Of a DNA stretch of 64,000 nucleotides, positions 50,501 through 59,552 are shown one piece after another. The stretch covers positions 9,362,001-9,426,000 of the forward strand of contig CATNEN010000038.1 of NCBI GenBank assembly GCA_950097015.1, in the 5' to 3' direction. The first letter of the stretch is position 1. Each line of letters opens with the position of its first letter. This DNA is from Macrostomum hystrix (Eukaryota; Animalia; Platyhelminthes). The position numbers and the translations under genes are program-made. The notes under the pieces are model-generated. The model made no database searches, was not told the origin of the DNA, and saw only the letters and a program-made list of their open reading frames with translations.

Positions 50501-53500
50501 CATTTTCTGCCTCTAACCTACATCAATAATAATAGTACATCCCCGCCCGCCAACCAAGCTATCAACGCTTGTAGAGGCCAGTCTTTGGAGCTATCTCTGT
50601 TAATATGAAGCGGCCTTCAGCGACGCAGGTGCTGCGGCTCCCGCGTCCGTCGAGTGATTGACAGGCTTCGTCTGGGCGCCCTGGCACCGGGGGGTCCCGG
50701 ACTGGTGGGGCAAGTGGATGAGGAGGCATTCCGCTGGACATTGAAGAAAGATGACTGTTGGGAAGCTTTGGGAGACTGGATGCCCTGATAAACTTGCGGC
50801 TCTTAGCCTCAGATTTGGGAGAAACTTTTACACACTCTACCGACTGGTAATGGGATCCGCGCCCCTGCTTCTTTTATCCCCTCAGCAATGCTCCCTGATA
50901 TACAATCAGGCCCTTCTGCCTTCGCTCACTTCTGCCATGCCACTACCTACTATCCACTCTTTCACTCTAGATCCCAGCCTCGAAATGTACCATTATCCCA
51001 TTCTCCCAATGTACCACTCTCCACTCTCTAAATGTACCATTATCCCACTCTCCAACAATCCCAATGTAAAATCCCAACGACTCTAGATTCCAATATCCCA
51101 GCCTCATAAATGCAGCACTCTCAATCTCTAAATGTACCACTCTCCCTCACTCTAATACCCCACTCTCCTAATCTCTTCCCCAGTCCCCAATCCCTGTTTA
51201 AGCATTGTTTATATGTGCTTCTCATTGCACAGCATCATATTTGATGGACTATGCTCCTCCCAATGTTCTGCTAGCTGTGGAGCAACCAGGTCTACAGATA
51301 GCTAAGCGTGTATGGGCAAGGCCATCAGATCTGTGTAACTCCGCCTCGGCATCGACCACCGCCCAGCCCCCCCCAGGAGAAGTCCCGTAACGGCTGTGAA
51401 GGGCTCAATTTCACGCTCCATCCATTTGGGCAGCTGACCCCAGCTGGTTCAGTCAGCGGCAATATCAGCAGAGCTACAATATCTCCGGCCTGGACTGGGT
51501 CGTGGCCTCCTTAAACCCAGTGCGACCATCTCTGCCAGTGAAGGACTTTGTGCACTTGAGCATCGAGCCGTTTTAATTCGGCTGAGGCTGCGGATGCAGC
51601 GACAGCGGGCCGTTGATATCCCCAGAGAGGGCGGGCCTCTCAAGCGGCTGCAACAGTTCCAGGAGATTTTCAGGAAGATACGGCCTGCCGGATGCTCTTA
51701 GGCCGAGAAAGTGCAATAATTTTTTCTGTCGGCCTTAAGTGTACGAAGAGAATTTTATTAAATGTTTACCCTTCGATTAGTTTTAACTAGTCCAAACGTT
51801 GGACTTCTGAATATTTCTCGTCGTTAATTTCGCGGTTTCCAAAAAAAGGATTGATTGTTTGAAGTAAACTGTACTAAAACTAATAACGCGTCAGAGCAGT
51901 TTTGACCCACAGGAACCTACAACAGTTTCGCTCAGACCACACAATAATGATCAAAATACCAGTAGGACTCTCACCCTTAGAGGCGGAGGCGGTGGCGGTG
52001 GAGCCGGCGGTGGGGGCGGCGGCGGCATGGGTGGCGAACTTCCCGAGTAGTCGTCTCCGGGTCGCGGTGAGTCCTCTCCAGTTGGTTCATCGATTTCAAC
52101 GGACTCAACGGCCGCTGCCAGCTGCTCGTCGCTTTCTGTTTGACAGGGAAGATTTTCTCGTCATGATTTAGTCGGGGGACAAAATAAACAACCAATTCAC
52201 AAATAAGTCGACTCCTAGCATGGAGCGGATTTCGAGGGCTGATAAAAACGTCTGCTAGCAATGTCACAGTGGCAAGAAACTTTCCAGGCGGTTGCAATTC
52301 AATTTGCATGACTAATTAAACTACTCAAATGCCCTCTCCTTGATGGCAACTCGTGGATCTTGCCTACATTATTTTAATTATAATGAAGCGATCACTATTC
52401 TTATTTTCGACTTTATAAATGAATTGGGTTTGGCACAATCTAGTAGGAGTATAAGAGACATCTTCACTAATTAGCTGTCCCAATTAAGTACCACGAGAGC
52501 GACTAAAACAAAACTAAAACAAAACTTTTTTGGGGTCTTTCTTACCGCCGCTGCCGCACCCGCTGCCGCCTCCAGCGGCGCCACCTGAGTCCGGGTTGCC
52601 TAGCAGCGAGTGGTGCGCGAATCGACTACGCAGCCGCGCCGGCAAAGTGCTCGCAGCACTGCGACTTCGATTCACGTACGGTCGGGCGAGCAGCGGCGAC
52701 TGACTGCCACGATCCGCGCCTGACGATGCGCCAGTCGTTGAGGACATAATTGAAGTCGCCGATGACTTGGAAACTTCGTCGCTTAGCTGGCGGTAGTGCT
52801 GCTGCTGATTTGGCGCAGCCATTGGTGACTGGGATCGCTTTAGTTGCTGAGTTGGAGGCAGCTGCTGATTTTGGTGACCAAACAGTTTGATGCCCGGTCG
52901 CTTAAGCATGGAAGAAGCTTTTCCGGCAATCCTAGCTGGCGATTGCTGCCTATGCCCGCCAGCTGCTGGTTGATCCACGGCGACAGACTTGACGGTGGCT
53001 GCTGGCGGTGGCGACGATGTAACGAAGACATCTCCAGTAGCCGTGGTAGAGTCCTCGTTGACGACATTGTCAGCAGCTTCGACACTCTCTTGGCTGGTAC
53101 GCAGGTTTGAGGCGGCATTGGTTGCTAGGGTGGAAGACCCGGACGCTGGAAACTGAAAAGCTTTTGCCCGCGGTATTCTCGGCGTCAGTCTAGCGATCTT
53201 GTTGAATTGCGCTGCGATGGAGTTCGCCGAGACGACTGGCGCTGTTGGAGGCGCAGCCGCTGCAGCAGTTGCGGGTTCCGCAGGGTCAGGCATGCGCAGC
53301 TTTGGCAGCTCGCGCAGATGCTGTGGCTGCTCCTGGCTTTGCTCTTGCTGCTGCTCATCCATGATTGCATTGGCCAGTTCTCTATTCTCTTCTTCAATGC
53401 ACATATCATCGTGAGAGTGCCTCGGAAGTGGCTCTGTGCAGTCAGCTCTCTCTGACTGGATGGCCGGCGGAAGTTTCGCTTGCGCAATCGAAGCCGTTGT

Positions 53501-54079
53501 TGTTGTCTCAGCCTCCATGGTCTCCGAGATTGACGTGTCCCGCGTGAGAACCCGCCGCTTACCGGTGTGGTCAGTTTCGTACTTTTCCTCTGCCGTGTTG
53601 ACTCGCGTGCGCACCACGGTCTCAGCCTTGATCAGCTCGCTTGACACATTCTTGATTCCGCCGACACTCTCCAGCAGTTCCGCTGGAATCGCGGCGCCAG
53701 GATTCTCCATCAGCAGCTGCAGCAGCTTCGGGTCCAGCTGACCGTCTGGCCGGTCGCTTGTCAGGACGTGGCGCACTGCGATGCTCCGTTCGGTTTTGCG
53801 CACCGTAGTGCTGGTCTTGATACGTCCGCGAGCGGCTGCTGATTCAGCTGCGTCCGCAGTTAGCTCTCCGGCCTCTGAGATCGCATTCTCCTGCAATGCC
53901 ACATCCGATTGGCCCTGGCCAGCCAGCTCAACTGCCGCAGACAGGGCGGCAGTGGCCAGCTCTTTGCTCTCTTCGACCAGCGAATCGGCAACTGCCGGAG
54001 AAGTGACCTGCTGTTCTGCCTGGGAGTGCGAAGCTTCATCGCTCGTTGAGCTGTCGGTTACAACTATCTCGTCGGTCAT
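38545..54079 (-). CDS. ARHGEF17: Rho guanine nucleotide exchange factor 17-like (DH-PH plus C-terminal beta-propeller), 15 coding exons
   Basis: Exons 54079-52546, 52135-51975 (polyproline), 47918-47841, 47721-47548, 47456-47340, 47219-47127, 46506-46336, 45405-45248, 44622-44415, 44314-43985, 42129-41924, 41573-40882, 40295-39972, 39893-39720 and 38993-38545. DH motifs VDEIF and [20 protein letters not shown]; C-terminal [29 protein letters not shown] and NHLLIF. The linkage of the two N-terminal exons is phase-consistent but less certain. Confidence 0.9.
39056..39414. mobile_element. Non-autonomous hAT MITE containing a GC-rich ~19-bp tandem array
   Basis: Imperfect TIRs CAGTGGCCTAGCCAAG / CTTGGCTACGTCCCTG; 8-bp TSD CTCTGAGA at 39048-39055 and 39415-39422. 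Confidence 0.9.
40462..40725 (-). mobile_element. SINE family B copy (degenerate)
   Basis: Reverse complement of the family B head and body. Confidence 0.72.
41600..41820 (-). mobile_element. CORE-type SINE family A copy (partial)
   Basis: Similar to 61540-61765. Confidence 0.78.
43030..43080 (+). mobile_element. Orphan hAT/Charlie-like terminus
   Basis: CAGGGGTCGGCAACCCACGGCCCGCGGGCC resembles a typical hAT end; no partner end seen. Confidence 0.45.
43665..43940. repeat. 23-bp minisatellite (GATACACTGACACCTGTGCGTTT) in an ARHGEF17 intron
   Basis: Tandem copies. Confidence 0.88.
44672..45210. repeat. 20-bp minisatellite (GATGTTAAGGAATGACACAG) filling an ARHGEF17 intron
   Basis: Tandem copies. 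Confidence 0.95.
45472..45968. mobile_element. Head-to-head inverted pair of SINE family B sequences
   Basis: 45472-45670 is a minus-strand 3' half; 45666-45968 is a plus-strand copy lacking the A box. Confidence 0.8.
47258..47340. repeat. (ACCA)n microsatellite at an ARHGEF17 splice donor
   Basis: ~20 perfect copies. Confidence 0.97.
48015..50250. repeat. 30-bp minisatellite (CATGTCCACAAGCGTTTTCATGACAGAGAT), ~70 copies, ARHGEF17 intron 2
   Basis: Highly homogeneous array with diverged edges. Confidence 0.98.
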
Positions 54080-55044
54080 TAGCTATGTGGTGCAGCTGCA
54101 GCGCCAGGTTGGCAAGGCTTTCAAGTTTTAACGACGATCCCGAAGCAGCCCAGATAGTTTATAAGATTTGGAATGGCCTTAAAATATGACTGTAGGCCCG
54201 TTAATTCCCAGAAGTTGCCTGTTATGGGCGAATCGGTATTAGGTGGCGTTGCGGTAGGGGTTAGAAAAGTGAGGAAGGGAACTAGGGGCAGAAGGGAGAG
54301 ATAAATATGGCCCGGGTGGTAGACGCAAGCCCGCGGCAGCCGAGGGAGTTTTCCGTTTATATACTGTTTCGAACCTGGCCCTAAAATCTCCGTGCGCCAG
54401 CGAACGCTGCCACCCTATGCCCTTCTCCCCGCAGTCGCATTGCGCATGCAGGCAGCCTCAAAGCCCGCTCTCGCCCAGTCCCAATCCCGCCTGAACCTCG
54501 ATGTACCCGGAACAACAAGGCGCGCATCTGCACGCCAGCCAACTACTGTAAGCTTGGCGCGGGCTCGCGGGCAGCGGAATCTAGAAGCCAAAGCCGCATT
54601 CGGTGCCGCGGACCCAGAGCAGCCATATTAGCATCCGGGACCTGCAAGGAGAGACACGTGGAGAGGCACCGCTGGGTCACCATTTGGTGTCGGTTAACGC
54701 GCCTTTGGGGAAGGAATATTGTGCGGGTCATTGGGGAGCTGCAGCTTTTCTTCAGTTTCTTTGCAGCTTTATTGACCAAACCGCGGCTGATAAAAAGTAC
54801 CGCTTTGCCTACACCCCCAGTCAGAGTGCTCTCCTTATTCAGATCCGGTCAGGAATTCAACGTTCAGCCGCTAAGTACAAGTAGGTGTCGTATAACTCGA
54901 ATCTATGAGTGTTTGCAATCAATACAATATGTGTCTTACGCGCATATATATGGCCTAATGCTCATATTAGCGACCTATTTTGAGCCCTACTCATAAACAA
55001 CTAGTAAGTGGCATGGAGCATTTGCCAAGAAACAAACTTACATG

Positions 55045-56008
55045 CAGTGCTGGGCACTTCCGGTACTCCGTTAATTTGGAAAGTAACGGAATTTACTTTT
55101 TCTTAAAGCGGTACTTTTTTTAGTTACTTTTTCAACTGGGTAACGGAGTAACGGTAACGGAGGCTTTTTTCTGTAGTCCGGCCGTCCTCCGGTCCTCCGT
55201 TACTAGCCAATAGCAAATAGCAAATTTTAAAAAATGGTTACAATTTTACATAAAGTATAGTTTTTACTTTTTAAACACACTTTTAACTTCCTTATTTACA
55301 ATCCCAGCTCCCTTCCATTCCAGTCTCACTCTTGCCCATTGTCAGTTGCCCGTTTTTCATTGTCACGTCACGACTCACGTCACTTCTCTTCCTCTACATC
55401 CCTCTTTAACTCTTTTCAGTTGTCCCTTTTCTAGTTTTCTCCGCCCTTCTATCCCTTCTCTCCACCCCTCTCCTTTCTCCTCTCCTTTCTCCTCTCCTTT
55501 CTCCTCTCCTTTCTCCATTCATCTCCTTCATTCCTCTCACGCCAAAAATTTGAAAACGGAAAAGTTCCCCAAGGTTGTAAACCTGTTAGTTTATGTTTTT
55601 GCGTGTTTACTGTTTATGCGTCAGCGGTCATACTGGCTATCAATCTATATTAATATCGTAATGCATATTCTAATATTCTATTCATTCATATTCACGTATT
55701 GTATTGAAATTTACAATAAAATATTTGAAATAAAAAAATGTTTCATAATTTATTTTATTTTATAATATTTCAACCAACCTGTCCTGTCTAACCGCTAGGC
55801 TGCAACTTTCTCACACCTAGCTTTTAGAAAATATTCGCCTTTTGGTCCTGGACTTAAAAATAATAGAAAAAAATATTTTTGAAATATTTTTTAAAACCGA
55901 AAATCTGAATGACATTACATTAAATGACATTAGTAACGAAGTAACGGACTAAGTAACGGAAGTTACTAGTAAATTCCGCTACTTTTTTATGTAACTTGCC
56001 CAGCACTG
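55045..56008. mobile_element. Non-autonomous hAT element (964 bp)
   Basis: TIRs CAGTGCTGGGCA / TGCCCAGCACTG; 8-bp TSD CTTACATG at 55037-55044 and 56009-56016; subterminal AGTAACGG repeats at both ends. Confidence 0.93.
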
Positions 56009-58062
56009 CTTACATGTGTACATAACAACACCTTAGAAGTGTATAATTATAAAATTACATATTTACTGCACTTTATTTTTCTTAAAATGTGCGAACTTGT
56101 CTTATGCATCTTACGCGCACATGTGTAAATGTGTGTGTCATTTATTATCGAACCAATTATTATAGACTTAATTGTTCGCATGTTCGATCGCTTACACTGT
56201 TTTCCTAGCGGGTTTATACATGGCTGGCGCTTTTTCCATATAAATATTTATGCGTCTCGAATAAGCATTAACTACAATGTTGCAAATATCTGAAACATGC
56301 ATAGCATTGCGCATGCAGTCAAGCATGCCCGATAGTTACGAACACAAATATCAAATCATGCATGATATTATAAAAAATATCATGGAGAGGACAGTATGAA
56401 ATGAATTATTCATGTATTAATATTGCACAAAAGATCAATGCAGGCGGACTAGCCTGCTACTGATGTAATAGTTAATAGTCCAATAATCCAAGACCGGCTA
56501 TTAGTATGATGGTATTATTGACCGTAACCGAGAGGGCGCGTAATTTTTCAAGACTATAAGATATTACGGATGTACGTTTGCAAAGGTGGATCGATGAGCT
56601 ACCATCACCAGATTTGCAGATTTAATTGGTTTTAAGAGAATGATCGAGTAAGCTTTAGTTCAAACTGCTTTCTAGCTGCAAATTCTAGCTTCGAAAAAGC
56701 GCGTTTCAAATCGATTTAATGGTTTTCATTTTTTGTTTACTACAACAGCATCTTCGTTTACAGCTGTGTACACGACACTACTAAGTGCGCATAAAAGAAT
56801 CTAGCGGTCTATATTGTAGAAAATGTTGATTGTAATGATCCATATGATCTTTATCGGTTTCTATTTCGAGCAGCCAGTGCTCTTTAGCGATTTAAGGTAT
56901 TAGCTATTAAGGTCAAACATGGTTCGTCTTATATATATGTGTTAGCATCCGGGACCTGCAAGGAGAGACACGTGGAGAGGCTGGTATTGACCATGCAGCC
57001 CTCCCATTTTTCAGATTTTGTTGAAGTCTCACACTTTCTTGGTGTCTGGGAAAAGAATATATTATCTGGAACTCGTAATATTTACTTAGTGGTTCACTTC
57101 GACTTGCATATTGTAGTATTTGTCGATTATATAATTACAAGCAAAAATAGTAAATTAAGCTTAATTTTGTAACAAAAACCAAGGACCACTAGGAGTGGTA
57201 TACTCCTAGTGGTCCTAGACAAAATATGCTTGAGATTGAAGCTTTATGTTTGTTGGGAAATTCCGCGCAATTTCAAACGTTTAAAACTTTCTGAGAACTC
57301 TTAAAATTCAACTAATTCTGCTGATAGCGATGACGACTTACTTTAAGAATTGACGTGCTGTATTGTAATTTCAGTCGTGTAGCTTCGAAAGTTCTGAATT
57401 GCTCTCGGAAATATACAGTTTATCTTTTTTAGATATCGCATTATGCCCGAGGATTATTAAGATTTTCTGTCAATGCCTAGTTTTTTGTTTGATGGGCATT
57501 AATTTAGCTTCATTAGCTTATTATAGGCCTAGCTTATAGCTTATTTAGCTTATTATAGCAACAAAGCAAATTAAAATTTGAAATATATTTCTAATTTCTG
57601 CTTATCAATGCCTCAAAAACTAAAATTTCAAGATCAATAACATTGTTGTACTACTAATTTAATTATCTGTGTGGGTTATTTCATGTTCAACTGAAAAGTC
57701 ATAAAAAGTATTTTTCTGTGTCCTGTCCTGGCTTTACTATTGCAGTGTAGACAAGCTTTAAGCTAGACATATAAAAATCTGATTGTTTTGATCAGAAGAA
57801 ATTCTGTCCTCAACCATTTCAGACCAAAACTGTGTTGACCATAAAAAGCAATTTGGCCTAGATTATATGCTTTAATTAGATGCTTTGCTGTGGTTTGTTT
57901 ATTGAAAAAAACAATACATCTCTACAGATAACCTGCCAAAGATGTTGTTCATGTGGTTGCTAAGCAAAGCAATAAAGTTTACTTTATCTAAGACTACTTA
58001 TTTTCATACTTTGTTAAAACATTTTCTACAAATTTATTCCAAAGTTTAAACATATTTTCTTT

Positions 58063-59233
58063 GGCAGTGCTTATCCCCATGGTACTGTAGAAATAATTTT
58101 TGTCCTAGGGTAATGTATCAACTGAAACAAGAATGTGTATTTTTTTACTTCAAACCTAAGCTACAGATTTTCTATTTAAGATATGATGATAAATCAAAAG
58201 CCAAGTTATAGAAAACAGTTATATCTTTCTAAAAAGTAGGCCTATCTGCTTTTGCAATTTTGTCAAATAGAAAAAAAGTTATTTGTGTTGTTCATCTAAA
58301 ACCGAACAATGATTTTCATGTATCTTCAAACCAACCAGAGAATTTGATGTTTGGTTTTACAATTTGAGTGAGTGGTTTAATCTTATTTTAAGGAGTGATC
58401 TACCATGAATTATGTCATTTGAAAACATTTTCAGACTCTATAAATAACGAAATTTATAGTAATTTAATTGGAAAGCAGCTGCATATAATCTTAGTCTAAA
58501 GTACATGCTGAAAATATGTTGTTAAAAAGTATGCTTTTGCGATAAAAAATTCCTACTGAAACATCAATATCTTTCTTTCCTCTTAATGCTTCATTGCATG
58601 TCATGCCTCAGCTTGTAGATAATTTTTTTGACTTTAAAATTTGTTGTTCTATGAAACACAATAGCTTGTTTCTGTCTTGCACAAGACGAGGAGTCAAAAT
58701 TCTTGTTTGGTTTTGAAGACACACTGTTCGGTTGATGGTACATTACCCTTTTCCTACAGTACCATGTGAATTATTTCCTGCTTATCCGCATGGCACACTG
58801 ACAAGATAGCTGTCCTGTCTTCAATATATTCTGTGGGAATAATTTCCTGCTTATCTGCACGGATATCCATTAGGCCCAATACATTTAAGTTAAAAAATAC
58901 AAGAATTCAATAAATTAAAAAATAAATTTACCTAATTATTAAGCCTAGCACCTTTTGATTCAGAAACATGTGTGCCACTATTGTAGCACACATAAACGAC
59001 CTCATAGTACTTCAACGCAATCTTTAGTGTAGTTTTTGGGACTTAGCATTGAGCACTAGAAATAGTGTGTGACTCTCTAATTTTCAAGATAGATAAGATA
59101 GATAGAAAGATATGTTGAAGATAGGACAGCTATCTTGTCAGTGTGCTATGCAGATAAGCAGGAAATTATTCCCACTGTACCATAGGAATAAGACAAAAAT
59201 TATTTCTACAGTACTGTGGGGATAGGCACTGCC
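58063..59233. mobile_element. Mutator-like (MULE) non-autonomous foldback element with ~120-bp TIRs
   Basis: Starts GGCAGTGC and ends GCACTGCC; 9-bp TSD ATTTTCTTT at 58054-58062 and 59234-59242. Left TIR is split (58063-58107 plus 58750-58830); right TIR spans ~59110-59233. Confidence 0.85.
58108..58748. mobile_element. MITE nested in the left TIR of the MULE
   Basis: Imperfect TIRs GGGTAATGTATCAACTGAAACA / TGTTCGGTTGATGGTACATTACCC, inserted at TA; superfamily uncertain. Confidence 0.7.
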
Positions 59234-59552
59234 ATTTTCTTTTGAGTTTTAGCTAGCTTGGCATATAGCCATTGCTAGCTAGCCAAGGCCATACATGTTT
59301 TTGGTTTTAGTTTAGCCACTGAAGTCATTTTTTTATTTTTTATTTTATATGTTTGTATAATAATGTTACAGAAAACTATCTAGCCATGACAAAAGCAAGA
59401 CTTTTGGCTCATATCTATGTTAAATTGTGTTTTATAAATGTATAATGTTTATTATTTTCTTCTACCTATCTAGAGTTATAAAATTTCATTCATGCATCAT
59501 CTTCTAGCTAAAATTGTCAGAAGCTGCTGCTCACAATTAACCTGGTGTTATC

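Noticed and set aside
50590-51650. GC-rich patches as extra ARHGEF17 exons
   Set aside because: Stops occur in the frames tested, and exons 51975 and 47918 already join in phase; alternative or non-coding exons are not excluded.
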